From an uncultured Planctomycetia bacterium (GTDB taxonomy: Bacteria > Omnitrophota > Gorgyraeia > VGKN01): 64,000 nt of DNA. The translations under genes were made by a program, and so were the position numbers. This document shows positions 1-9,270 of this stretch, piece after piece. Where the stretch lies: assembly GCA_964506845.1 (NCBI GenBank), contig CAZDNS010000001.1:5618-69617 (forward strand). Direction: 5' to 3'. Positions within the stretch are counted from its first letter, which is position 1, and every line of letters begins with the position of its first letter. The notes below the pieces were generated by a model, which saw only the letters and a program-made list of their open reading frames with translations, made no database searches and was not told the origin of the DNA.

Positions 1-675
1 TTTACCGGTGAGGCAATATCAAGGCTCGATATGGATGACAGGTTTACAATGTGTAATATGGCAATAGAGGCAGGCGCTAAAAACGGTATTATAGCTCCGG
101 ATAAAAAAACAATTGAATATGCAAAAACCAGGCCCGCTAAAAGAAAATACAGGATTTATTCCTCTGATAAGGATGCGAGATTTTCTTTGATAAAGGAGTT
201 TAACCTTTCAAAACTCCAGCCGCAGGTGTCAGAGCCGCCGCTTCCGAGCAATACCAGGCCTGTGGGAGAATTAAATAAGGTAAGGATTGACCAGGCGGTA
301 ATAGGCTCCTGCACAAACGGAAGGATATCGGATTTAAGGATTGCGGCGCAGATTTTAAAAGGAAAAAAGGCGCATAAGGATGTCAGGGTAATTGTAATTC
401 CTGCTACGCAGAACATATACCTTCAGGCGATAAAGGAAGGATTGATTAATATATTTATTGAATCAGGTTGTGTGGTCTCAACTCCGACCTGCGGTCCTTG
501 TTTAGGCGGCCATATGGGTATATTGGCAGAGGGAGAATCCGCCATATCCACTACCAACAGGAATTTTGTAGGCAGAATGGGGAGTGTAAAAAGCAGGGTG
601 TATCTCGCAAGCCCTGCGGTTGCAGCCGCTTCAGCGATAAAGGGTAGAATTACGCATCCAGAAGAGGTTAAATGA
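1..675 (+). CDS. leuC: 3-isopropylmalate dehydratase large subunit, C-terminal part (gene continues upstream of the window)
   Basis: Frame is open from base 1. Aconitase-family C-terminal motifs ([25 protein letters not shown]). Followed by leuD with a 4-bp overlap. Confidence 0.8.
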   Translation, partial: FTGEAISRLDMDDRFTMCNMAIEAGAKNGIIAPDKKTIEYAKTRPAKRKYRIYSSDKDARFSLIKEFNLSKLQPQVSEPPLPSNTRPVGELNKVRIDQAVIGSCTNGRISDLRIAAQILKGKKAHKDVRVIVIPATQNIYLQAIKEGLINIFIESGCVVSTPTCGPCLGGHMGILAEGESAISTTNRNFVGRMGSVKSRVYLASPAVAAASAIKGRITHPEEVK

Positions 676-1166
676 AACTCAAAGGCGAAGCCCATATATT
701 TGGGAACAACATAAATACGGACGAGATTATCCCTGCAAAGTATCTTAAAACCCTGGATAGAAATCTCCTCGGTGGATATTGTATGTCAGGAATAGACGAG
801 GATTTTTCAAAAAAGATAAGAAAGGGCGATATAATCGTTGCAGGGCAAAACTTCGGCTGCGGTTCGAGCCGTGAGCAGGCGCCTATCGCCATAAAATCAG
901 CAGGTATTTCCTGCGTCATAGCCCGGAGTTTTGCGAGGATATTCCTAAGAAACAGTATAAATATAGGGCTTCCCATACTTGAGGTTAAGGAAGGACTTGA
1001 TATTAAGGACCAGGATTTATTAGAGGTGGATTTAAAAGAAGGGGTTATACTGAATAAATCCACCAATAAAACCTATCAGGCAACGAAATTTCCTGAGTTT
1101 CTTGAGGAGATTATAAAAGCAGGCGGGCTTATAGAGTGGGTCAGGAAAACAAGGAGCGGAAGATGA
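672..1166 (+). CDS. leuD: 3-isopropylmalate dehydratase small subunit
   Basis: 164 aa with the LeuD swivel-domain motif ([14 protein letters not shown]). Sits directly after leuC. Confidence 0.85.
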   Translation: MKLKGEAHIFGNNINTDEIIPAKYLKTLDRNLLGGYCMSGIDEDFSKKIRKGDIIVAGQNFGCGSSREQAPIAIKSAGISCVIARSFARIFLRNSINIGLPILEVKEGLDIKDQDLLEVDLKEGVILNKSTNKTYQATKFPEFLEEIIKAGGLIEWVRKTRSGR

Positions 1167-1444
1167 AGGTCAGTAAGGAACAGGTAAAAATAGTCGCTTT
1201 TTCTGACAAGTATAAAATTATCGGAACCGGGCATAAATTTCCAGAGGGAAGGTTCTCTGATTTTGTAGACAGCCTGCAAAAAGGTTACATCACCGTTACG
1301 GATGCCAGGATATATTCTGTATCAACTGATGAGCTTCTGTATGAAAGCAAATTTATGAAACTCAATCTGGCTTATGTAGAAATGATAATGCCTTTATCCG
1401 AATTTACCGAAAGAAGGAGCACCGATAAGTCATATGAGCTCTAA
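1163..1444 (+). CDS. hypothetical small protein inserted between leuD and leuB
   Basis: Chosen start is the ATG at 1163 preceded by AGGAGC. 93 aa with no recognisable motif. Overlaps the leuB start. Confidence 0.3.
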   Translation: MKVSKEQVKIVAFSDKYKIIGTGHKFPEGRFSDFVDSLQKGYITVTDARIYSVSTDELLYESKFMKLNLAYVEMIMPLSEFTERRSTDKSYEL

Positions 1445-2495
1445 GCAATACGATATTGCGGTTATTCCCGGCGATGGAACCGGACCGGAGGTAATAAGGG
1501 AGGGTATTAAGGTATTGGAGGCGGTAAGCGAAAAAACCGGTTTTAAATATTCGACTCAAACATTCGACTTTGGCGGAGAGAGATATTTAAAGACAGGTGA
1601 GACCCTGCCTGATTCTGCTGTGGAGGAATTAAAAAAATTCTCTGCGATATACTTAGGCGCAATCGGCCACCCTGATGTAAAACCCGGAATTTTAGAAACA
1701 GGGATACTCTTAAAACTTAGGTTTTCCTTAGACCAGTACATAAACCTTCGGCCTGTGAAACTATATAATGCCGAGTTTTGCCCCCTGAAGGATAAAACAC
1801 CGAAGGACATCGATTTTGTGGTGGTGCGCGAAAACTCAGAAGGCCTTTACAAGGGTATGGGCGAGTTTCAGAAAAAGGGAACAAAAGAGGAAACTGCCAT
1901 ACAGATATCTCATAATACCCGGAAGGGTGTTGAGCGCTGTATCCGCTATGCCTTTGAATACTGCAAGAAAAGGAATAAAGATAAAAAACTTACACTTTGC
2001 GGGAAAACCAATGTGTTAACTTATGCCTGGGATTTATGGCAGAGGACATTTAATGAGGTGGCAAAGGAATATCCCGGTATAACCACAGACTATGCCCATG
2101 TGGATGCCACCACAATGTGGTTTGTAAAAAACCCGGAGTGGTTTGACGTTATTGTAACCGATAATATGTTCGGCGATATTATTACCGACCTCGGTGCAAT
2201 GATTCAGGGCGGAATGGGAATTGCCGCAGGCGGAAATATCAATCCCGAAGGCGTGTCAATGTTTGAGCCAATAGGCGGAAGCGCTCCAAAATATACCGGT
2301 AAAAATATCATAAATCCCCTGGCGGCAATCTGCGCGCTGGGTATGCTGTTAGAAAATCTGGGCGAAACAGAGGCTTCTAAATTAGTGGAGAATTCGGTTA
2401 TAAGGATAGTCAGCGAAAAATTAAAATCCCTTGCTGCAGGAAAGATGGGTTACTCAACTTCTGAAGTGGGAGATTTGGTGGTGAAAAACTTATGA
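1434..2495 (+). CDS. leuB: 3-isopropylmalate dehydrogenase
   Basis: 353 aa isocitrate/isopropylmalate dehydrogenase family ([10 protein letters not shown] near N-terminus, NMFGDIITD). leu context. Confidence 0.8.
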   Translation: MSSKQYDIAVIPGDGTGPEVIREGIKVLEAVSEKTGFKYSTQTFDFGGERYLKTGETLPDSAVEELKKFSAIYLGAIGHPDVKPGILETGILLKLRFSLDQYINLRPVKLYNAEFCPLKDKTPKDIDFVVVRENSEGLYKGMGEFQKKGTKEETAIQISHNTRKGVERCIRYAFEYCKKRNKDKKLTLCGKTNVLTYAWDLWQRTFNEVAKEYPGITTDYAHVDATTMWFVKNPEWFDVIVTDNMFGDIITDLGAMIQGGMGIAAGGNINPEGVSMFEPIGGSAPKYTGKNIINPLAAICALGMLLENLGETEASKLVENSVIRIVSEKLKSLAAGKMGYSTSEVGDLVVKNL

Positions 2496-3637
2496 AAAAA
2501 TCAAAGTATAACGTAGCAGTAGTTGGTGTAGGTGCAGTAGGGATAGAGATGCTCCGCTGTTTAAGACAGCGCAATTTCCCTGTAGGTGAACTCCGCATTT
2601 TTGCCCGCTCAGAACGGATTATTGAGGTGGACGGCGAAAACTACGCGGTTAAAAGCATATCGCCTGACGGATTTAACAACATAGACATAGCGCTATTTGC
2701 CGGAACTGAGGGTGAGAAGGGAGCGGCAGTAACCTATGCTAAAGAAGTGATAAAAAGGGGTGCAGTGGTTATAGACAACGGCGCGGATTTCAGGATGGAC
2801 CCGGATGTGCCTTTAGTTGTACCAGAAGTAAACGCCAAGGATTTGGATCTCATTAGAAATTGGTTACTTGGAAAAAAACACAGGCCAGAAGGCCGTGGTT
2901 TGGCTTCCAATAGCCAAAGCCACAGGCCAGAAGGCCGTGGTTTGGCTTCCAATAGCCAAAGCCATAAGGGCATAATAGCAAATCCAAACTGCTCCACCAT
3001 TCAAATGGTGGTGGCATTATGGCCTATATATAAAAAGGTCGGTATTAAGAGAATAATTGTAACCACCCTGCAGGCGGCCTCCGGCGCAGGAAGGCAGGCA
3101 GTGGAGCAGTTAAGAAGAGAGTTGATGGAGTTAGGTAAAACAGAGTATCAGAGAATCGGGGTATCAGAAAATCAGGAAAGGGCTTTGCCGCAGCAACTTG
3201 CCCTTAACGTCTTTCCGCATATAGGAAGTTTTACTGAATGTAATTATACCAATGAGGAATGGAAACTGGTAAAGGAAACCCATAAGATTATGCACGCTTA
3301 TAAAATCAAAATCTCGGCAACCACTGTAAGGGTGCCTGTAAGAACAGGCCATTCGGAATCAGTCTATATCGAAACTGAAAAACCGATTGAGCCTGAAAAG
3401 GTAAAGCAGGTTCTCTCAAAGGCTTCCGGAATAATCGTGGTTGACGATATAAAGAATAATCTCTATCCGATGCCGAAGGACACAGAGGGAAAAGATGAGG
3501 TTTTTGTGGGAAGGATACGCAAGGACCCCTTCATTAAAAATGGCCTGTGGCTGTGGATAGTGTCGGATAATCTGAGAAAGGGCGCGGCCCTTAATGCGGT
3601 TCAGATTGCGGAATATTTAATCGGCTTAAAGAAATGA
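2492..3637 (+). CDS. asd: aspartate-semialdehyde dehydrogenase carrying a 28-aa in-frame repeat insertion
   Basis: VGVGAVG N-terminal NAD motif and IANPNCSTI active-site region. 381 aa instead of ~340 because of a duplicated 14-aa insert HRPEGRGLASNSQS x2. Confidence 0.85.
   Translation: MKKSKYNVAVVGVGAVGIEMLRCLRQRNFPVGELRIFARSERIIEVDGENYAVKSISPDGFNNIDIALFAGTEGEKGAAVTYAKEVIKRGAVVIDNGADFRMDPDVPLVVPEVNAKDLDLIRNWLLGKKHRPEGRGLASNSQSHRPEGRGLASNSQSHKGIIANPNCSTIQMVVALWPIYKKVGIKRIIVTTLQAASGAGRQAVEQLRRELMELGKTEYQRIGVSENQERALPQQLALNVFPHIGSFTECNYTNEEWKLVKETHKIMHAYKIKISATTVRVPVRTGHSESVYIETEKPIEPEKVKQVLSKASGIIVVDDIKNNLYPMPKDTEGKDEVFVGRIRKDPFIKNGLWLWIVSDNLRKGAALNAVQIAEYLIGLKK
2879..2962 (+). repeat. perfect 42-bp x2 tandem duplication, internally palindromic, in frame inside asd
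   Basis: Unit cacaggccagaaggccgtggtttggcttccaatagccaaagc at 2879-2920 is repeated exactly at 2921-2962. It contains GGCCagaaGGCC and TTGGCT..AGCCAA arms. Confidence 0.9.
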
Positions 3638-5199
3638 GTCCTGATAAAAAAAGACAGAGCTGGGCATCCCGGCTTGGCATAATACTGGCAGTTGCAGGAA
3701 GCGCAGTAGGGCTTGGAAATTTCCTGAGGTTTCCTGTGCAGGCGGCCTCAAACGGCGGCGGCGCCTTTATGATACCCTATTTCATATCCCTGCTTCTGCT
3801 CGGCATACCGCTTATGTGGATAGAATGGACAATAGGCCGTTTTGGAGGAGGTTTTGGCCACGGGACTGCGCCGGGGATATTCCATTCCCTATGGGAGAAA
3901 AACAGGTTCATCAAATATTTCGGAGTAATTGGAATATTCGGGCCATTAGTCATTTTTATATACTATACCTATATAGAATCCTGGACGCTTGGATACAGTT
4001 TTTTTGCGCTTTTGGGGAAATACGAGGGGATAAAGACCCAGGCGGGTATGCAGAGTTTCCTGAGCGCCTATCAGGGCTTGGAGAAAAACCAGTTTTTTAA
4101 CAGTATTCTGCCTGCATATATCTTCTTTTTGATAACCTTTATATCGAATATTGTAGTGGTATATTTTGGCGTATCAGGAGGGACTGAAAGGCTATGTAAA
4201 ATTGCGATGCCTGTCCTGCTAATAGCGGGAATTATTATGGCTATAAGGGTCCTGACCTTGGGTATCCCTGATTTGTCAAGGCCTGACTGGAATTTGGTAA
4301 ACGGCCTGGGGTTTTTATGGAACCCGGATTTTTCGGTCCTAAAAAGCGCAAGAGTATGGCTTGCTGCATCCGGCCAGATATTTTTTACATTGAGTGTGGG
4401 AATAGGCGTGATTTTAACCTATGCCAGTTACTTAAAAAAGGCGGATGATGTGGCGCTCTCGGGGCTGACTGCCGTAAGCACAAATGAATTTGCCGAGGTA
4501 ATCTTGGGAGGAAGCATAGTAATCCCTGCCGCATACGTATTTTTTGGCCCGGTTGAGATAGCAAATATCGCAAAGGGCGGCGCCTTCAACTTAGGTTTTG
4601 TAACGATGCCTTTAGTCTTACAGCAAATAAACTTCAGCGCCTTTTTTGGCTTTGTATGGTTTTTGCTTTTGTTTCTGGCAGGCGTTACCTCCAGCGTCTC
4701 TTTGATGGAACCTGCTATCGCATTTATGGAGGATGAGTTCGATATTGGCAGAAAAAAAGCGGTTATCATATTTGCAGGAATTTCCTTTATCCTGTGCCAG
4801 CCTGCGATATTCCTTTTAAAACACGGGGTGGTAAACGAGCTGGATTTCTGGGGAGGGACATTCTGCCTGGTTCTGTTCGGGACAGTCGAGGTTATATTAT
4901 TTGCCTGGGTATTCGGAATGGAGAATGCCTGGACGGAAATACACCACGGCGCGGATATAAGGATACCGGATATTTATAAATTCATCATAAAATACATAAC
5001 CCCGCTATTTTTATTCCTTATACTCGGATTCTGGTTTATTCAAGAAGGAATTCCCACCATATTTATGAAGAACGTTGCGGCCGCTGATAAACCCTTTGTC
5101 TTAGGAACAAGGATAGGGCTTTTCATTATCCTTTTGATATTTGCAATAATGGTTAAAATCGCCTGGCGTAAAAAGAGAATTAACCCCGTTAGAGAATAA
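3634..5199 (+). CDS. sodium-dependent transporter, neurotransmitter:sodium symporter (SNF) family
   Basis: 521 aa, multi-TM. N-terminal motif RLGIILAVAGSAVGLGNFLRFP is typical of NSS family. Confidence 0.8.
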   Translation: MSPDKKRQSWASRLGIILAVAGSAVGLGNFLRFPVQAASNGGGAFMIPYFISLLLLGIPLMWIEWTIGRFGGGFGHGTAPGIFHSLWEKNRFIKYFGVIGIFGPLVIFIYYTYIESWTLGYSFFALLGKYEGIKTQAGMQSFLSAYQGLEKNQFFNSILPAYIFFLITFISNIVVVYFGVSGGTERLCKIAMPVLLIAGIIMAIRVLTLGIPDLSRPDWNLVNGLGFLWNPDFSVLKSARVWLAASGQIFFTLSVGIGVILTYASYLKKADDVALSGLTAVSTNEFAEVILGGSIVIPAAYVFFGPVEIANIAKGGAFNLGFVTMPLVLQQINFSAFFGFVWFLLLFLAGVTSSVSLMEPAIAFMEDEFDIGRKKAVIIFAGISFILCQPAIFLLKHGVVNELDFWGGTFCLVLFGTVEVILFAWVFGMENAWTEIHHGADIRIPDIYKFIIKYITPLFLFLILGFWFIQEGIPTIFMKNVAAADKPFVLGTRIGLFIILLIFAIMVKIAWRKKRINPVRE

Positions 5200-5335
5200 A
5201 GTTCTTTAACCCCGTTAGAAAAGAATTTTGTAATTGGGCGAGTGGTGCGCAATGACGATGATTTTAAAACTCATTATAAGTAATCTACGCATAACGACTA
5301 AAAGTCAAAGGTTTTCTCTAACGGGGTAAAACCCC
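5182..5335. repeat. MITE-like inverted-repeat element, copy 1 (AACCCCGTTAGAGAA ... TTCTCTAACGGGGT)
   Basis: Left arm at 5182-5196 also supplies the last codons (INPVRE*) of the transporter. Partial second left arm at 5208-5225. Right arm at 5314-5327. Confidence 0.6.
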
Positions 5336-5368
5336 AGCAAAAGCTAACCTCTAGCCTTCCATCATACA

Positions 5369-6118
5369 ATGCGGAATATCAAACTTATTATTGAATACGA
5401 CGGAACTGATTTTTGCGGCTGGCAGGTCCAGACCAGAAATAAGGATAAGGAGTCTATTCAGAGCGTAATACAGGATGCTCTAAAAATCATCTTAAAAGAA
5501 AGTGTCAGATTAACAGGCTCTGGCAGGACCGACAGCGGCGTCCACGCAAAAGGACAGGCGGCAAATTTCAAGACAAAATCCTGCCTGCCGTTAAGAAAAC
5601 TGCATAAATCCCTTAACGGCATACTGCCCGGGCAAATAAGGATATTGAAAGTAGAAAATGTACCGCTTAATTTTAATTCAAGATTCGACGCAAGCTCAAA
5701 AACATACAGGTATACAATTTTAAACCGGAGGGTGTCATCGCCTTTTTGTGAGAGGTTTTCTTATTTTGTCCCACAGGCGCTAAATCTGAATGCTATGAAA
5801 AAAACCTCCGGATTTTTTATAGGAAACAGAAATTTTAAGGCATTCCACACCAGAGAAAAAACAAAAAGATATTCTTCCGTAAGAAGAATAGATAGGCTCG
5901 CGGTAACGAAAAATGGTGATTTTGTTTACATCGACATCAAGGCAAGCGGTTTTCTCCATAATATGGCAAGGCGCATTGCGGGCGCGCTTATACAGGTGGG
6001 CTCAGGAAAGATTTCGCCTGAAGCAATCAAAAAATCGCTTACTAAAGGGTGCGATTTACCCTTAAAATACAATGCGCCGAGTAAAGGATTATGTCTTATA
6101 AGGGTCAAGTATGCTTAA
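5369..6118 (+). CDS. truA: tRNA pseudouridine(38-40) synthase
   Basis: 249 aa. IEYDGTDFCGWQVQ and GRTDSGVHA catalytic-Asp motif. Confidence 0.85.
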   Translation: MRNIKLIIEYDGTDFCGWQVQTRNKDKESIQSVIQDALKIILKESVRLTGSGRTDSGVHAKGQAANFKTKSCLPLRKLHKSLNGILPGQIRILKVENVPLNFNSRFDASSKTYRYTILNRRVSSPFCERFSYFVPQALNLNAMKKTSGFFIGNRNFKAFHTREKTKRYSSVRRIDRLAVTKNGDFVYIDIKASGFLHNMARRIAGALIQVGSGKISPEAIKKSLTKGCDLPLKYNAPSKGLCLIRVKYA

Positions 6119-6198
6119 AATTTTGTCCTTGACACCAAAGAATCTATATGATAGGTTTAATAAATTAATTTATACAACCTCTTAAAAAGGAGAAAATC

Positions 6199-6912
6199 AT
6201 GGATGCAGAAACCAAGCCAGAACAGGAAATAAAGCCTCAACAGGTAGCATGGGAGGATAGAAAGAATACTGGAGTTTTAGGTGGCTGGATAACCACATGG
6301 AAAGAGGTAGTATTTAGCCCGGCTGCATTTTTCAACAGGGTAAGCCCTCAGGGCAAGATTACTGACGCTCTTACCTTCGGGATAATACCGGTATCCATAT
6401 CCATCATAGTTTCTGCTGTAATAGCAATTCTGTATCAGGTTATAGCCAAGACTCCGCCTGTAGGGATGACAAGTCAGCAGGTAATACTAATTAATGCAAT
6501 ACTTATTGTTACATCCCCTCTTCTTGCCACAATAGGCCTGTTTATAGGAAGCGCCATTTACCATTTGTTTGTCCTTTTGTGCGGCGGCAGAAAGGGCTTC
6601 CGCGCCACCTTCAGGACAATGGGCTATACCAATGCCATTGCATTATTCAGCCCTATTCCGATAGCAGGGCCATTGTTTGTGGGGATATATTCTATTGTTC
6701 TGCTTACCAAAGGCTTTAAGCGGGTCCACGCTATAAGCACTGCAAGAGCAGTATGGGCGGTCCTTATACCTGTTATTCTTGGTATTCTGCTTTTTGTAAT
6801 TGCGGCTGTATTATTAGGCCTATTTTTAACGCTTACTCCGGGAGCTGCCGGCACAATAGCTCCGCCTGCTGGCACTGGCACAGGACAGGTAACTCCGCCA
6901 CCGACACAATAA
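6199..6912 (+). CDS. Yip1-like multi-pass membrane protein with Pro/Thr/Gly-rich C-terminal tail
   Basis: 237 aa with ~5 predicted TM helices after a soluble N-terminus. Assignment to Yip1/DUF1282 is by general architecture only. Confidence 0.35.
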   Translation: MDAETKPEQEIKPQQVAWEDRKNTGVLGGWITTWKEVVFSPAAFFNRVSPQGKITDALTFGIIPVSISIIVSAVIAILYQVIAKTPPVGMTSQQVILINAILIVTSPLLATIGLFIGSAIYHLFVLLCGGRKGFRATFRTMGYTNAIALFSPIPIAGPLFVGIYSIVLLTKGFKRVHAISTARAVWAVLIPVILGILLFVIAAVLLGLFLTLTPGAAGTIAPPAGTGTGQVTPPPTQ

Positions 6913-6916
6913 GATA

Positions 6917-7351
6917 ATGAGGACATTTGTAGCAAAACCCAAGGATATAAATCGGAAATGGTTTTTAGTTGACGCTAACGGCATAGTGCTTGGCAGGCTT
7001 GCCGTCAATGTCGCAAAAATCCTATCCGGAAAGACAAAAGAGGAATTTACCCCTCATGTGGATAGCGGCGATGGCGTCATTGTAATAAATGCAAATAAGA
7101 TAAAGGTAACAGGGAAAAAAAACCAGGATAAGATTTATACCAGATATTCGGGGTATCCTTCAGGGTTAAAGAAATTTACCCTTGAAGAACTGCTGAAGAA
7201 TAAACCTGAAGAGGTTATTGGCCGGGCAGTCAAAGGGATGCTTCCGCATAACAAATTAGGAAACCATATGCTTAAGAGGTTAAGGGTGTATGCAGATAGC
7301 AACTTCAAACAAAGCGTCCAAAACCCGATAAGGTTAGATATAAAGGAATGA
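6917..7351 (+). CDS. rplM: 50S ribosomal protein L13
   Basis: 144 aa, N-terminus MRTFVAKPKDINRKWFLVDA matches L13. Confidence 0.9.
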   Translation: MRTFVAKPKDINRKWFLVDANGIVLGRLAVNVAKILSGKTKEEFTPHVDSGDGVIVINANKIKVTGKKNQDKIYTRYSGYPSGLKKFTLEELLKNKPEEVIGRAVKGMLPHNKLGNHMLKRLRVYADSNFKQSVQNPIRLDIKE

Positions 7352-7749
7352 AAATGGGAGAAAACAGGCTTACAACAACAGGCAGAAGAAAAGAATCAAT
7401 CGCAAGGATACAATTAATCCCCTCTGATAAACCAGGCGTCATCGTAAACAACAGACAACTTGATAAGTATTTTGCCCGGGAAGACCTCCGGGTCATAGTC
7501 AAACAGCCTCTTGTGCTTACCAATACAACGGATAAGCTGGCTATTATAGCCAATGTGGCAGGAGGAGGAGAAAGGGGCCAGGCAGAGGCAATAAGGCACG
7601 GCATTAGCAGGGCGCTGGTGTTGCTCAACCAGACATATAAGTCCATCCTAAAGCAGTATAAACTCCTTACAAGAGACCCCAGGATGAGGGAAAGAAAAAA
7701 ATTCGGACAGGAGGGTGCAAGGAAGAGATTCCAGTTCTCTAAACGCTAA
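7348..7749 (+). CDS. rpsI: 30S ribosomal protein S9
   Basis: 133 aa, C-terminus KKFGQEGARKRFQFSKR typical of S9. Overlaps rplM by 4 bp. Confidence 0.9.
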   Translation: MKMGENRLTTTGRRKESIARIQLIPSDKPGVIVNNRQLDKYFAREDLRVIVKQPLVLTNTTDKLAIIANVAGGGERGQAEAIRHGISRALVLLNQTYKSILKQYKLLTRDPRMRERKKFGQEGARKRFQFSKR

Positions 7750-7759
7750 TTAACATATC

Positions 7760-7816
7760 AGACCTATTTTGTCTTTGTATCGAGAAAATCCTTGACGAAA
7801 TAGGTCTTTTTATTTT
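7760..7816 (+). terminator. rho-independent terminator after rpsI
   Basis: Stem AGACCTATTTTGTC / GACGAAATAGGTCT followed by TTTTTATTTT. Confidence 0.6.
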
Positions 7817-7857
7817 AAAATTAGGCTTTACAATATATTAGACCATCCTCTAAAGGT

Positions 7858-7950
7858 GTTAGTCCCTTCCTTTAAGAGGTATCAGGAAGGACTACCCTGC
7901 TGGGTTAGACCCTTCCTTTAAGGTATAGGAAGGTCTATCCCGCTGGATTA
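7858..7950. repeat. two tandem ~45-bp hairpin units
   Basis: gttagtcccttcctttaagaggtatcaggaaggactaccctgctgg, then gttagacccttcctttaaggtataggaaggtctatcccgctgg. Confidence 0.5.
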
Positions 7951-8051
7951 GAACAAGGAAATGATGCTATAACAGAAACAGATCCCTCGCTTATTCACCC
8001 TGAAAATCTCGAAGATATTTTCAGGGTAAGCTCGGGATTAATTCCGACATA

Positions 8052-8075
8052 TCCTTGACGCTTTGCGTCAAGGGT
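8052..8075. promoter_or_regulatory. palindrome CCTTGACGCtttGCGTCAAGG upstream of argC, possible operator
   Basis: Perfect 9-bp arms about 20 bp upstream of the argC RBS. Same CCTTGAC..GTCAAGG architecture as the palindromes at 29891, 35951 and 38024. Confidence 0.35.
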
Positions 8076-8096
8076 GTCGTCATTAAGGAGAATAAA

Positions 8097-9122
8097 TTGA
8101 TTAAATGTGCGGTTGTGGGCGCAACAGGCTATGCGGGAGAAGTTCTATTAGAACTTTTATTAAAACACCCTAAGGTAAAACTGACCAGCCTTTATGCCAA
8201 GGTAGATTCTGCTCAACCAATATATAATTTTTTCCCCAAGTTTTATGGACGGCTTAATCTATTATGTAAGCCTTTGGAAATAAAAGAGTTAAATAAAAAC
8301 TCTGATTTTATCTTTCTGGCTTTACCCCATAAGGTGTCAATGGAGATTGTTCCGCATATATTACAAAAGGGGAAACGGATAATAGACTTAAGCGCTGACT
8401 ACAGGCTCACGGATTTAGCGATTTATAAAAAATATTATGGGGTAGCTCATCAGGATAATGGAAACATTAAAAAGGCAGTTTATGGTATTCCGGAACTGTA
8501 TAGAAAGAAAATAAAAACCGCTACACTAATAGCAAATCCGGGGTGTTATCCTACAGCCGCAATTTTAGGACTTGCGCCGTTATTTGCTAAAAAGAACCTG
8601 ATAGATATTAACTCCGTCATAATAGACGCAAAATCCGGCTTTACCGGCGCAGGCAGAAATCCAATTGCTCATTTTATATTCTCCGAGGTAAACGAGGCTA
8701 TTAAACCGTATAAGGTTAATGTCCATCAGCATTCTCCTGAAATAGAGCAACAACTCGGCCTTATCGCAGGTGAAAAAATAAGGGTAACATTTGTTCCGCA
8801 CCTTATTCCTATTGACAGGGGAATAATCAGCACGATCTATATAAGGTTAAAGAAGTTAGCAGGCATAGAAGAATTGTTTAGACTATATGAAAATTTCTAC
8901 AAGGGTGAAAAATTTGTAAGAATACTTCAAAGCGGTAAATTCCCTAATTCAAAGGATGTATTAGGAACCAATTTCTGCGACATTGCGCTAAGCCTGGATA
9001 TAGAAAAAAAACAGCTAATAGTAATAAGCGCTATTGATAACCTTATGAAAGGCGCAGCAGGACAGGCCCTTCAGAATATGAATATAATGTGCGGTTTTGA
9101 CGAAACCATTGCTCTAAAGTAA
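8097..9122 (+). CDS. argC: N-acetyl-gamma-glutamyl-phosphate reductase
   Basis: AVVGATGYAGEVL N-terminus. Likely TTG start at 8097 after AAGGAG. The track ORF begins at 8055. Confidence 0.85.
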   Translation: MIKCAVVGATGYAGEVLLELLLKHPKVKLTSLYAKVDSAQPIYNFFPKFYGRLNLLCKPLEIKELNKNSDFIFLALPHKVSMEIVPHILQKGKRIIDLSADYRLTDLAIYKKYYGVAHQDNGNIKKAVYGIPELYRKKIKTATLIANPGCYPTAAILGLAPLFAKKNLIDINSVIIDAKSGFTGAGRNPIAHFIFSEVNEAIKPYKVNVHQHSPEIEQQLGLIAGEKIRVTFVPHLIPIDRGIISTIYIRLKKLAGIEELFRLYENFYKGEKFVRILQSGKFPNSKDVLGTNFCDIALSLDIEKKQLIVISAIDNLMKGAAGQALQNMNIMCGFDETIALK

Positions 9123-9262
9123 ACCCCGTTAGAGAACTTTGTTTTCTAACGGTATTGTGTTGATGATGGCTTTCCTGTCTACCGACAGGTAGAAAACCAC
9201 CATCGAACTTATAAGGTGAAAGCAGTTGGTTAAGTCAGTGGTTTTCTCTAACGGGGTAAAAA
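9122..9262. repeat. MITE-like inverted-repeat element, copy 2
   Basis: AACCCCGTTAGAGAA at 9122-9136 and TTCTCTAACGGGGT at 9244-9257. Internal palindrome CCTGTCTACCGACAGGTAG. Lies between argC and argJ. Confidence 0.6.
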
Positions 9263-9270
9263 ACTTACGA

